From Chlorokybus atmophyticus (lineage: Eukaryota > Plantae > Mesostigma and Chlorokybus algae), in NCBI GenBank assembly GCA_009103225.1, contig RHPI01003079.1:110808-174807 (forward strand): 64,000 nt of DNA. The letters are read 5' to 3'. The notes under the pieces were generated by a model. It had not been told where the DNA came from, made no database searches, and saw only the letters and a list, made by a program, of their open reading frames with translations. Positions 1 through 12,404 of the stretch are shown here, piece by piece. The translations under genes were made by a program, and so were the position numbers. Each line of letters opens with the position of its first letter. Position 1 is the stretch's first letter.

Positions 1-144
1 GTTGGATGCATCCTCGTGCATTATTATTACTGTCATCGCATAATGCGCACAAGCACTCGTGCGTTTAGCGGTAGCAGCATTGAGATAACTTCGTAGAGCA
101 CAAACACTATACCCTTCATACACTTTCACTATCGCATCAGCTGT

Positions 145-1745
145 ATGAGTAGGCCCACCCCGTTTTCGCCAATAGACGAGGGGACCTCAGCAGCTGGAGC
201 CCGACCTCCAACCTCACCTACGAACGAGCAAGTGAAGGAAGCAGTTACCGTAGCAGCAGAGGCTCTCACCCCTTCTCCGGCATCACCTCCTCCCACTTCA
301 CTCTTTGCCATCAAGCTTCTCCACCTCCTTTGAACAGTGATGACGAAGAAATGGAGCCTTCCAGCTTAACCAACGCCTTGCACTTCTCCGGACGCGCGGG
401 CACCACGCCACTTGATGAGGTCATCATCAAGTTCCACTCCAAGATGCGGCAGCAAGCCCTCATGAACAAGGACTGGTCAAATGAGGTGTCATTCCATATA
501 ATGGCTCAGTCTGCCTTAATTATATGAGGCACACGATGTGTGGAAGTTCGTTGGTGAGCTGCACAGAGTTGATGGCTGTGGCGAGCTTGCCAGCACCATA
601 GCACCTGCACCGACATATAGCTCAGCAGCTGCTGCCCCCCAGCAGCAGTGGTCCCTCCAACCCCAGTCACGGGGGGGGCGTTAGCCGCAGCTATGCAACC
701 GGCACAGGACGAAGCAGCCGAGCTGGTTGTTGCCTCGCTAACCCTTGCAAAGGTTGAGGTCAAGAAGGCTAACTGACGGACCGGAGTGCTTAAGCGCACC
801 GCTGCCATCCTTGAGGCTCAGCAAGCTGTACAACAAGCTGCAGCCTTGGAAACAGGGACACTAGCACCACCAACGCCGGGCTCGCATACTCCGGCAGGAG
901 GCCGCTTTTTCATACTTGGCTCGGTGGCCTTGCGAGCACCAGCCATCACCGTTGGTGCTGTCACATCGGACTCTCCTCTCAAGGACTTGTACGGGGCACT
1001 GCGGCAGACCTTCCCGCCTCAGACCACCAGCAAGGTGGAGGAGTCGCTTTCAACGGAAGCCCAACGAGGACCCTCTCCGGCTGTATTCGCGGCTGGAAGG
1101 ACTACAAAAGGCCATTGATTACAAGATCGTCAATGAGGAGGCAGTCGCAGTGGTGTACGTGGCTGAGTTGGACCCCATCTTAAGTGAGTCGATGCGCTTA
1201 ACACAAAATTACAGTAGACCCCTCGGCTACACCCTCAAGGAAGCTTTTGAGATTGCACTAGCCATTCACAAGCGTGCGGTGTGTGAGAAGGCAATGTTGG
1301 ACACTAACCAAGCAGCGTTTCACGTCCCATGGCAAGCGCGAGTGCTGAGCCCCTCGACGAGACCGCAGTCGGGATGCTCCAGTCACGCGCAACAAGGACA
1401 AACGGTCAGCTGATGCTGCCCTTCTTGCTCCAGTGCTGTGCCATTGGTGTGGTCGACATGGGCACTACAAAAAGGAGTGCACCGAAGTTGTGGCAACCTT
1501 GTGTGAGACTATTGCCATAAGACGGGACACTTGGAAGCAGTATGCTGGCTCAAGTTCCCTGAGCTGCGGTCCACTATTGGCTGCAACAACGGCAACAACG
1601 CTGGTGGCTACTGCAACATCAACATCATCAACAACAACAACAACAATAAGAGCGAGGGCTATGACAGCAGCAACGCTGGTGGCTACAACAACGGCAACAA
1701 TGCTGGTGGCCACAACCCCAACAACAACAACGCCGGCGCTTAAAA
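145..1745 (+). pseudogene. Gypsy gag-like region ending in a CCHC zinc knuckle and an Asn/Gly-rich (AAC)n tail
   Basis: Frameshifted ORF pieces 145-333, 330-527, 786-1118, 916-1413; CX2CX4HX4C at 1439-1480; NNGNNAGGY repeats at 1580-1740. Confidence 0.7.
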
Positions 1746-4249
1746 AGAGGGGACTAGCTACGGAGGGAAGAATTGCCCTCCACAGCACAAGGGACCCGAG
1801 GGACGCCCTCGCATTACAGCTACAGCTGTGAAAGCATCAACATGTTCACCAGCTGTCGACCAAGTCGCGGCCCTCATGGCATGAGTGGCCCAACTGGAAG
1901 AAGGCAGGGAGCAAAGTTACCAAGCCTGCTACACTGCCCGATGGGCCTTAAGGCACAGAAGCGCAAAAGAGACACCCCGCCGCCATCGCGTGTTCAACTA
2001 TTAATACGCGCGCGCAGAGAGGCTGGCGCATCGGCAGCAGCAGTATCGTTGAAAGCCACAAGTGGGGCTGGCTTGGCGGCCACAACCCTTGCTGGGACGA
2101 CACCGTCGACAACAACACCTACAGGTGCCGCCAATGCGGATGCACTCAGCACCACATTGGCGCCAGAGATGACCGGCACAAAGGCTGCTACAACCATGGC
2201 TGGCGAACCCATTGGTGGTTTTGGCACTACACGCGCTACAGCTACATACACTGCACCAGCCACGATTGCTGCGACGCTCACAGCTGCAACCTCCGTCACC
2301 ACGATCGCTGCAAGTGCCACCATTAATGCTGCAGTTGATGTTGCCGCAGCTCTGTCATCCCCTACTGCCACTGCCACCGTATCATCAGGGGGTCCGCGCG
2401 GCCCCTCCTCCGCTCCCAACTGTCACTCACCAAGTGCCACGCGGACTGCAAGCAGAGCAAACTTGGGCGTCCGTTTTACGCAACATTCAACCCACCACCG
2501 CTGCGGACTAGGGGGGCAATGCTCAACGTATGTAGTGCAAGATGATCGCATCCTACCGCTACCATCGCCCAAATACCATACACTGCCGGAGCCCACCCAA
2601 CAACAGTTGGAAGATGAGATTCCAGCTGGCACTCCTCCTGAAATGAGGGATCGCCTCTTCAGGGTCACGTACATTTGCCCTGCTGTGTTGGAGCTGGCAG
2701 TTCAGTCGTTTTGGGCGCTGCATGTGAGGATGCAGAACGCACCCGGCCGGTCGCGACAGCCAATGCTAGCGCAACGGATTGACTTTAAGCCCTTACCGCT
2801 AGACTCGCTCAAACTTCAGCATCGCCGAATGCAAGGCCTCATGGTGGCCACCTTAAACATGTAGCTGGGCGCTGACCCGGCACTCCGTGGACTCACACGG
2901 AGGAGTCACCAAGAACGGTTTGCTGCTCTTGAATAGGCACATCGCTATTGGCAGGACCAAGCCGCGCAAGTGAACGCACGCCGACATGCATACGAAGCAG
3001 TACGCGCCGCTGTAGTGCAACCCTCGGGGCCGCCAAATGTCGCCGGCACCTCCACTGCACTTGTCATGGTGCCACCCACACCAACCACAGTCAGGGCAAG
3101 CAATTGTTGCTGACCATGCGAGGGCGTTAGCGCAACAATTGAGGGGGGTAATTGCCCCGCTACTGCCCCCCTTGGTCGATGGTATGCCCGACGATCATCG
3201 GGATGCAGGGCGAGGTTACCTCACCCCACATGGAGACACCACCCAGCGAGGAGGAGCTGATGTGGAAGGAGAGCAACAACTCCGTATCGCTCTCAAACGG
3301 CAAGCAATCATGCTGCACCGTCCTGCGGGTAGTGCATTGAGATAATCGATGGGGATGCGAGAAGGCATCGCCACTGGAGCGCGACTCGTAACGTGGCTCG
3401 TTGCTAATCACCCCGCTGTCCCCATGTTTGCCTTTGACACCAGAGCATCATGGTTGGGGGCGTTCATTCGCTCGCTGTGGCAAGCATTCGATGAAGCTAC
3501 CACCACTGCGCCAAACACTCCGGAGGGAGTGCAGGAGGCAATGCTGCGGCTGCCGAGTAGAAGCAGCGCAGCAACGCCAGCGCAGCGCCATCGCTCACGA
3601 GCTACACGAGCAGCAGGCCGACCTTCAAAGCACCATATGGGCGCGCGCCATGACCGTGATCAATGTGGGCGTGGTGCAAGGCAGGTGGGATGCCTACATG
3701 GCAGGGATCTTGCGAGTCCCCACCATCACTCACGATATGCGGCAGTTACTGCGCGCGGTATGCATGCAGCCCATGCCACAATATCACCATTGGACCGATG
3801 TGGACACAGAGCCCACGTGGGAAGGGACATTGGACAGAGAGGCAGCTCATGCCGTCCGATAGACGGACGCCGCACAGCAAGCTGAACGCGAGGCCGGCCC
3901 GCAAACACCGGGTCTGCCGGGCTTTTTTCAACAACCATTGGGGACGCCGTCAGGCATGACCCCAGCCTCTCAAAGGCGGCATCCTCCATTACCTCCACCA
4001 CAGCCAGCACCAAAATCCCTGGCGCAAAAGCCTCCTCGTGTCTACCAACCACCACAACAAGGTCGATTTGGTAGAGGGAGAGGACAAGGAGGGGGTTGTC
4101 AAGACTCAGCAGACTGAGGTGCTCTGGCTGCGATGCACTTAGCACCTTCAGCTGAGAGACATGGGGCACCGGTGCCGACAACCCACACCAAGAGGCTACG
4201 CAACAACGCTAACAATGCTATGGTAGCCAACCAAGGCAAACATGTAACC

Positions 4250-4465
4250 ATCAACGGCCTGGCACCCAAGCGGGTGATGCTGGACACCAGAGCACAGCCA
4301 TTCATCATTGAGCGCTTCCTCCCGCGGTCATTTGGCATAATCAGCTCGGACCTGATGCCATGTCTATATGTATTGGACACAGCAACAAGAAGCCATAACA
4401 AGGTGATGGGGGTTACCAAGGAGGCATTCTGCAGTCCGCTGACAGGGCTGGACTCACACTATTAA
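4250..4465 (+). pseudogene. Retroviral-type aspartic protease of the Gypsy element (DTG decayed to DTR)
   Basis: INGLAPKRVMLDTRAQPFII...VLDTATRSHNKVMG within ORF 4133-4465; position upstream of RT. Confidence 0.7.
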
Positions 4466-4989
4466 GATCGTTCAGCAATGCGTGGTCTCCAACGCTAGCT
4501 CCTTCGATTCTCTTTGCTTGAACGAGACTTCAACTTCCCCGTGGGCATGGGCCTTGACTGCTGAAAAGAGCGGGCGTTGTTCCGACCACAATAGGATGAA
4601 GATGACGGAGAGGTACAGGGCTAGCTCTCGAGTTGGTGTCACGCACGCGTGCCCAACGCAAAGTGGTTGCCGCAACCACACGTAGTCACGTGCCCTTACG
4701 GGAGGCTGCATCAGCCACATATGACAGCGCCCGCACAAACGCCGCTGCCGTCGCAGCAGCCCCTTGCCGCGCAGGCAACTCCGCTCCCAACTTTTACACC
4801 GAGGAGCAGGAGGATGCAACTGTACAGATGGCATCACAAGACCCGAACGAACGCCGTTAGCGTGTACAGGTGGATGCGCACTTTTTGCCGACCCAGCCAC
4901 TAATCACTTCGCGCTTCCACAACCACAAGGGACACGGTAAGGTGCAAGACCAGCACATGGTAGCCATTAGAGTCATGGAGTTCCATACC

Positions 4990-5960
4990 TTTCGGTGGCA
5001 GCAGGGCGTCACGGTGTTGGAATTGCTCGGAGGCATCGGCAGTGGTCTTGCCGCGGTCCTCAATATAGGTGTTAAAGTCATTGAATATTATTATTGCAAC
5101 CCTGACCCGCGCGCTCAAGCAGCCCTTAAGCACATCTGCGTCAGCTGCACGAGCGTCATCGATAGCAATTGCCGTCGTCGGCACGACAAAGCAGCCTCAA
5201 GGCATTGCCACAAGACATTTGACTAATCACAGAGGACCACTTGTTGTCCCTCGGCAACATCGACTTGTTGTTTGCTGAATGGGAGTGCCAAGGACACTCA
5301 AGGGCAAGGGAAGGTCGCGGCCTTGACGACCCTCGCTCATGTTTGTTTTGGGAGTTCATGAGAGTCATCCACCTCTTTCAACAACACCAGATCTCCAGGT
5401 TAGAGTACATCAACGAGAACATGCACTCAGAGGACGACAAGCGTCCCCATGTAGCCTCCACCTGCCGGCAGGTGTGCTCCATTTTTGGGCATCCACTCAA
5501 GGTGAACGCAGCGTGCCATAGATCCCATGCACATCGCGTCCGCGCCAAGTGGACAAACTTGGCCACTACACAAGAGCTGATGACAGCAGAGTACACGCGC
5601 AATACACGGCCATGCAACCTGTTGCTCGATGACACCCTCGACCCCGACCATAGAGCTTAACCCATCACAGGTTTTGACCACAGCCACTTCTACCAGTGCA
5701 ATCAACCTGGGCAACCGCGCCGCGCAATTTCCACGTTGGTGTCCTACCTAGGGTCCTATGGTTTCCACAATGGAGGCGATGGCATTATATTCGACACCAC
5801 GACGGGCAAGCTAAAAGAACCGAACGCACGTGAGCGCGAACGCGCCATGGGGTTCTTTCCCACGAGTATCACGGGGTCCCCACTGATCGACAGTCAACAA
5901 AGTCAGCTGCTCGGCCGCGCCATGGACCAAAACTGCATGATCTGGGTGCTGAAGCTGAGC
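4990..5960 (+). pseudogene. C5 cytosine DNA methyltransferase domain inside the Gypsy pol region
   Basis: Motifs in canonical order: I VLELLGGIGSG; IV IDLLFAEWECQGHS (catalytic Cys kept) followed by GRGLDDPRSCLFWEF; VI YINENM; VIII VNAACHRSHAHRVRAKWTNL; IX/X EPNARERERAMGF...LLGRAMDQN. Broken by stops (e.g. 5163, 5220) and frameshifts. Confidence 0.85.
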
Positions 5961-6251
5961 TTCGCAATGCAGGACCGCCATGTGTCCTTTGAGAATCTCG
6001 CACACCTGGCTGGAGGGTGGGCTAATTGCGTTGAAGACACCAAGGCAGCGCACACAACCCTCGAGGTGGCTCACATGGAGGAGCAAGCAGCAGTGGTAGT
6101 GGAAGACATCTTAATGGTTGTTAATGCAACATCATGGGACCACGCCATCGGCCCTCTTGCCACGGAGCACACACGAGGGAAGCTGAAGGCTTCCTTCAAC
6201 AGGTGGAAGAGCTAATTCAGCTTCAACGTATAGAAGCTGGGTACATGTTCA

Positions 6252-7540
6252 GTGCATCAGATGGACATCGATCTGGCGCACACCGAGCCGGTGTCTCGAC
6301 GGCAATACAGGCTCACCAACTTAGAGGAGGATCTGGTGGAGCAGAGGTGTAAGGCGCTGCTGGATCCAGGCCTCATTGAGGAGTCCACGTCGGCATGTGC
6401 GGCCGCGACAATCATGCCACTAAAGAAGGATTCAGCAGACAACTTGACCGAATGACGCATGTGCGGCGACTACCGCCCCCTCGATAACAAGACCAAACCA
6501 GACAGGTACCCAATGCCCACAGCAGAACGCATCCTTGACAATGTTGGTGATTGCACAGTCTTTAGCATCCTCGCCATGCGCCAAGGGTACAACCAAATCG
6601 CCAACAAGCACAAGACCTCATTCTGGGGCAACGGACAGTTATATCAGTGAAAGGTAATGCCGTTCGGGCTGAAGAATGCCCCCGCCAAGTTGCAGTGCGT
6701 CGTGGACAAAGCCTTAAAGGGGCTAGACTTTGCGCGGTGCTACATCGAAGACATCCTCAACTTCAGCCGCAATAACGAAGAGCACCTACAGCACATCGAA
6801 GAGGTGATGGAGAGGCTCGAGGAAGTGAGGATAACTGTGCCCCGACAAGTGCACCTTCTTCACTTACAAGGTACCCTACTTGGGACACATGATTGTGCCC
6901 TCGGTGTGTACGTACAGCAGGCAAAGGTGGAGGCCCTAGCAGCTATCCCTGAAATAACGGACCTCACGCGCCTACGCGCCTTCTTGAGCCTTGCCAAATA
7001 CCATCTTTGGTTCGTGAAGGAGACTTCGCAAAGATATATTGGCCCCTCAACGAGCTACTAAAGAAGGAAGTGGAGTTCGTGTGGATGGAGCCGCAACAAC
7101 AGGCCTTCGAGGAGCTGAAAAGCAGGCTCACCACATCACCCATCCTTTAACGCCTTGCACCAAGTCCTTCATCCTTCACAGCAACTGGAGCAAGCTCGGG
7201 ATGGGAGCCGTACTGGTGCAGCACCATGAGAATAAGAAGAAGCGGGTGGTGTCATACGCCAGCCGGAGCAACAACATCAGCTACGAGGGAGAAATGCCTC
7301 GTTGCAGTGTGGGCTATCTCCTTCGTTCGACCCTTCCTCTTCGGCCGACAAATTTAATTGATTACCGATCGTCAGCCACTCAAGTGGTTGATGACCAACA
7401 AACATTTAACAGGGAAACTTGCCCGTTGGGCCCTACCATTGCAGGAGTATGACTTTGGGATTGACCACCGCGCTGGCCTTACCAACCAAGACGCCGATAG
7501 ACTATATCGTAACCCACACCTGAGCACCAACGATGCAACT
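6252..7540 (+). pseudogene. Gypsy reverse transcriptase / RNase H (disrupted)
   Basis: ORF pieces 6252-6455, 6459-6650, 6657-7061, 7039-7452, 7358-7675 carry the RT and RH motifs listed for the element. Confidence 0.9.
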
Positions 7541-7925
7541 GGAGCTCGACATAAGCTCGGCCCAGCATCATCAGCTCCGACAGTGGCTGCCATGTTTGCT
7601 GTCGCCGCATTGCGCTCAGGGCGCACGATCAACGCCGGTGCCTCAGCAACAACTGAAGAGATGCCTGCTATTTAGCCAACCGGCTCCGCAATCACTACAC
7701 CCGTAGGATCATTGCCTACATGTCTACAACATAGCCGTTCGCATGCGACAGCCTTTGCACGGACTGAACGGTGGCGACAATAGAGTTGATAACACAAAGC
7801 TGGAACCCATCGACACCAGGCAGGACATATGGCTGGACAAGCCATTCCTCTCCTTCCTTTAAAGTGGTTAGATTCCCTCCGGTATGAGTGCGCGTGAGAA
7901 GCACCGCATCAACCAACGCACCCAG

Positions 7926-8362
7926 TGTTAGAAAAGACCCGCCTGGTTATAAATTGTTAAATTAAACCTAGTTTGAGGTTTATTCAGGCAGTCATAAAAC
8001 TGCCTAATCTGGAACTCGGTTTATATGATAGTATAGACTTACTGTGGTTAGTCGACATTGATATTACTTGTATGCATGCCTTGTACAGCAGATATTGAGC
8101 CTAGATTGCTAGGGTATAAATATTTGCTGTGCGTCTATAATTGGAGAGAGAGCCCACTTTGAGTTTGGAGTCTTGATTGGCACACTGGCGGCTAAATTTT
8201 TATGCTGTATATGGTTGCATGCAGAGCTGCATACAGGAGTTACACCTTTGAGCTGCAGACAGGAGTTATACCCGTCAGAGTCTGCTGTGCTAGCCTGAAG
8301 GTTTTCAGGCTGTTCTGGAGAAGGTTTCGCCCTCACACTACTCCGCCTTCACCAAGTCAACA
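7926..8362 (+). repeat. Copia 5' LTR (437 bp)
   Basis: Begins TGTTAGAAAAG exactly where the Gypsy reading frame stops; ends AAGTCAACA immediately before the PBS; contains TATAAATA. No partner LTR seen. Confidence 0.7.
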
Positions 8363-8376
8363 GGTTATGGGCCCAC
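8363..8376 (+). promoter_or_regulatory. Primer binding site complementary to the anticodon region of initiator tRNA-Met (half-tRNA priming)
   Basis: GGTTATGGGCCCAC directly after the LTR-terminal CA; this PBS type is established for Drosophila copia, Ty5 and Osser-like elements. Confidence 0.8.
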
Positions 8377-11300
8377 ATCACCTCTGTTTGGTCGTCTGTA
8401 TAGTGTGCACTATGTTCTTTCCCGAGCTATTATTGCTGGGTGGTTTGCTAGTAGCTGTGAATAGGTGTGACCAAAAGTGCCGGATTGAGTCCTTCGAGTT
8501 TGCAAAAACTCTGTTGAGTTTGTACAACTGCGATTGCATTTTGTAGATAGGATTGGATGCTATAAGTGTGATTGGAGTCAGCTGTTGGGTGAGCAGTTCA
8601 AACTTCTGCTGAAATAAACCTAGATCACCGTTGGTTTTGCTGTTGGTCTACGTGGGGCTTCGGCTGCTACCAATACGCGTGAGGACTGCTGCAGAGATTA
8701 GGCCTGAAAACGATTGGGCTGTTGTTGGTCTGTACAGCTATTGTTGAAGTTTCAAGTTGAATCTTTGCTAGATTGGGTTTGGGGATCTCTCGAGCGCTGT
8801 GATGTTGAAGACTGCTGTTTCTAGTTGCTAGAATCAAGGTCTGAAGTTGGTCTGAGAGTCTGAGCTGCTGTTGGCAAGTGAAGCTGCTGCCTGTTAAAGT
8901 CTCTGAGCTGAAGCTGCTACTGAGATGGGGTCGAGCTTTGACAATATTCGGATTGAACTGCTGGACCTGGAGCATTAAGATGAAGATGCTACTTGTCACC
9001 AAAGAGCTGTGGGAAGTTACCCGTCCTGACATTGCACCACAACCTGCGCATGTGATCCCCGAAGGTGCAACCTCTGCTGGAAGAGCAGAGACCACTGCTG
9101 CTGCACAGAATGCCGCTGAAGAAGCTGCACGCGCTGAGATGCTAAAGTCGCTCAAGGCATTGGCTTTGATCGGGCTGAATGTGAAGGATCATCACCTGGG
9201 TCTGATGAATGAGTGACGACCGCAAGGGAGTGCTGGAGAAAGTTTGAAGACACATTTAGGTACAACAACAATGCGCGCAAGCTGCAACTTAGGAGACAGA
9301 TGTTTTCTTATTGAAGATGGAGGTTGGCGAGCCTGTCACCATGTTCGCTGCAAGGGCTAGAGACCTCTAAATTGATCTAATTGCTGTTGGCCACGACATC
9401 AAGAAGACTAAAGTGGTCTGGAACATCCTGTTTGGGTTGCCAGAGAGATCTGACACTGTGGTCCAGGTCCTACGCACCAGTTTTGCAGATCTGAGTGTGG
9501 CTGAGGTTGTCTCTAAGCTGCTGAGTGTTGGCATTCATGAGAAGAAGCAGGAGAGTGGAGAGACTGTTGCATTCGCAGTAAAGTCTCAGGCTTCCTCATC
9601 TTCACGAGGACGTGGAAGAGGAAGAGGCAAGGGCAAGTTTGAAGGTGTGAGTCGAGAAGGTTGGTTGATGACAGTAAAGTGTCATCATTGCCACAAGAAG
9701 GGCCACCTCTTAAGGAACTGTCCTGAGAAAAACGAAGGTCAGAAAGGCAAGGAGTCTGCAAATGAAGGTAGTCTTCACTGCATCGGCTGAGTCTCAAGCT
9801 TGTACCTATGGCTAGGTATTATACTTTGGGTGTACTCAGCACATGACTCCATGCAAAGACTATCTTTAAGAGTTTAAACCTCCGGCAAGACCCATCGTGG
9901 TCTCTAAATTTCGGAATGGTCTAACATCGCATGCGATTGGCTTTGGCACAGTCAATTTGCTGCGTGGTGGATGGCAACACTAAGCATGTGACACTACAGC
10001 GAGTGATGTATGTTCATGAGGCAGATGCAAGTCTTTTCATGTGTTTGTACTACTGCGGGGCTTGGGGCCAAGACCATCTTTAAAGAGGAACATGGATTTG
10101 TCATGCGTGGTGAAACGCACGTGTTTGCAAGGAATGTGAGAGGACTGTACATAATAGACCTCAGTCTTAGGTCACACTCTGCATTGCTGGCTGCTGCGAA
10201 GGAGTGTGCTACTTTGTGGCACAGAAGGTGTCAGCATCTAGGTTTTGACAACCTAGCTAAGCTGAGCAGGGAGGGCATGGTCAAAGGTGTTAGTTGAGGA
10301 GTTTGCACAGAAGACCAAGTTGTGTGAGCATTGTGTTCTAGCCAAGCAAACTCACAGAGGACACCATTTCTTGAGTCTTCACGTGTGAGCAAGAGACCGC
10401 TAGAGTTTGTTCGCATGGATACGTGTGGACCTGTCTATAAGACTGCAAAGGGACAAAAAGGACAGGTTTGTTGCCATGACTCCATGCAGTCTCAAGTCCT
10501 CTTCGCACTGTTCCTTTATGTTGGGCGCTTCCTTCCTCCACCAAATGTAAGGCATGTGCCTATACAAAGCCTCCCACACTTTGCAACGGAAGTTGTGGAT
10601 GCGCTTTTAATGAAAGCATGAAAGCATCTAATGGATGGTTGCAAAATGTTGAGGCTGAGAAGCCACCCTCCACTGCCATTGCATCCATTCCAGCGTCCAA
10701 GTAAACCTTCATCAATATAGGATGTATGTTCATTGATACATATCAGTCGCCAGGAATATGCACAACCCAGTCCCAATATCCTAGCATTGCTTTCTTTAGG
10801 GCTACTATGAGGGCAAATGTTTTTAGCTCTCTCGATGCATATATCTTGCTATCAGTGTCGATAAAAATAACCTTGTTCATCAATTGCAGCTGAGCAATCT
10901 TCAAGTTATCACTTTTGTCAAGATAAAATGGCAGTACCGGCAGGTCCTTAATGTCGCTCACTACGGGTGGAGGCTCATCGTTGGCTATCTGCAGATATCT
11001 CTCCCAATCATTCTTGAGAGGAGGTAAGGATGCCTGCTGCTCTCATCGCATGCTGAACAGCACAGTGTTGTACATAGTAACTCGGAATGACTCCACATCG
11101 CTCTTTTTAGACGGCTGCAGATTGAGCATTGGCCCGCTGCGCATCGACACAGATACCCTCTGCCGTGGTGCTTGTGGTGGTATGGACTCAGCCAGTGGAT
11201 TAGAAATTAATGCCTCCGACAAAGTGCGGTTACGTGTTGGTTGCAACAGCACATACAAGTCAACTCAGCAATAGTTGAAGACAGTTTGGGAGGCAGAACA

Positions 11301-11962
11301 TGCTTGCACACAGCTACATACATCCACCACCACAACTGCACTCGAAAAGGGCTTACTTCCAACTCAAGTGGTGTAATCACTTCTCGCCCAGCTGTTGGAG
11401 TGAGCTGAGTTGATGTTGCACGATTATCCCAAGTAGTCCTGCCTTCAAACTTTGCTGGATGCCAGCACATGCCTCCTTGGACCTAGCTGTAAGCGTGCCA
11501 TCGACTCCAGGTTATGCGTTGCACGGCAATGTATATAACCATCCATGTGATTTCCTGCTGGAAGTTACTCTGATACGATTTATCGTCCTGATCAGCATGT
11601 TGCCCTTACTCAACATGTCAACCGTGTCCGTGATAACCATGTGAACCGGCGACACTGCCCACTTACTACGTGCACTTTGCACGATGCATCAATTATTAAT
11701 GTATCAGTGTATCAATGTATCGATTACTAATGTAGTACGGGGTCTTATTATGCAGGATTGCCAGAGGACGTGCATGCCTTGGCCCTGAAGTCTTCACCCG
11801 CGCCATCGCATTGAATCCAGTCAAGGCGCCAAACACGCCCGCTAACGCCCCACTAAAAGCTTCCCACTCTTGCTGCTAGTCAACAAATGCGCAGATCTTG
11901 ATGCATTTTGTCGTGCTCGACCATGCGACGCCTCTCCTATTCTATGAGCTGAATGAAAGTAC

Positions 11963-12404
11963 TGTTGACAATCAGAGCTAAGCAATGTTGAATGCTACAA
12001 CACAAAGCCTATCTCGCACACATGAGCATGCACAGCAGCAGCTTGCACATTTGAGGTATGCAATATGGATGATTAACTCTGGCTCAGCACACACAATGTA
12101 TAGTCCTAGCCACTTATCTAGCCAGATGTACACAAGAGTTCCTATTGGTTATGCTAAATAATACAGCATGTGCTAGCATACAAAAGGATTCTGCAATCAG
12201 GAGCCTTCTGCTTCATTGATATCAATGCAACAACTTTTAATCTTGCAGATATCTTTTATTAACAGTCGGGGACTGTCAATGCAGGGGCTATCAATGTAGG
12301 CGACTATCAATGCAAGGGGGCTGTCAATGTAGGCGACTGTCAATGCAAAGGGGCTGTTCAAGCTGACCATAGCTGGTGAGGACAGTAGGGGCTGTCCTCT
12401 AACA
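11963..12404 (-). repeat. Candidate 3' LTR of the second Copia, containing GACAGCCCC/GATAGCCCC-type tandem repeats
   Basis: On the minus strand starts TGTTAGAGG just after the RH stop and can end at GATTGTCAACA (442 bp, same end motifs as the first Copia LTR). PPT weak; no matching 5' LTR found. Confidence 0.45.

Larger units (their letters stand above)
145..7925 (+). mobile_element. Decayed Ty3/Gypsy LTR retrotransposon internal region (Gag - unknown domain - protease - DNMT - RT - RNase H), cut before integrase by a Copia insertion
   Basis: CCHC knuckle CHWCGRHGHYKKEC (1439-1480); protease-like VMLDTRAQP (~4270-4300); RT motifs RMCGDYRPLD, DRYPMP, MPFGLKNAP, CYIED (YxDD decayed); RNase H LGMGAVLVQ, VVSYASRSNN, KLARWALPLQEYDF. 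PR-RT-RH order fits Gypsy. Many stops and frameshifts. No LTR of this element seen in the window. Confidence 0.9.
7926..10470 (+). mobile_element. Ty1/Copia retrotransposon, 5' part (LTR, PBS, gag, protease, GAG-pre-integrase, start of integrase), 3'-truncated
   Basis: TG...CA segment 7926-8362, then PBS; gag NCWTWSIKMKMLLVTKELWE; knuckle CHHCHKKGHLLRNC; decayed protease (FGCTQHMTP); LWHRRCQHLGFDNLAKL; CEHCVLAKQ; LEFVRMDTCGP. Copia similarity stops near 10470. Confidence 0.85.

Noticed and set aside
1994-2419. Antisense Val/Ala-rich ORFs (also 1465-1788, 46217-46543)
   Set aside because: Reverse-frame shadows of Thr/Ala-, Asn- or Thr/Pro-rich low-complexity coding sequence.
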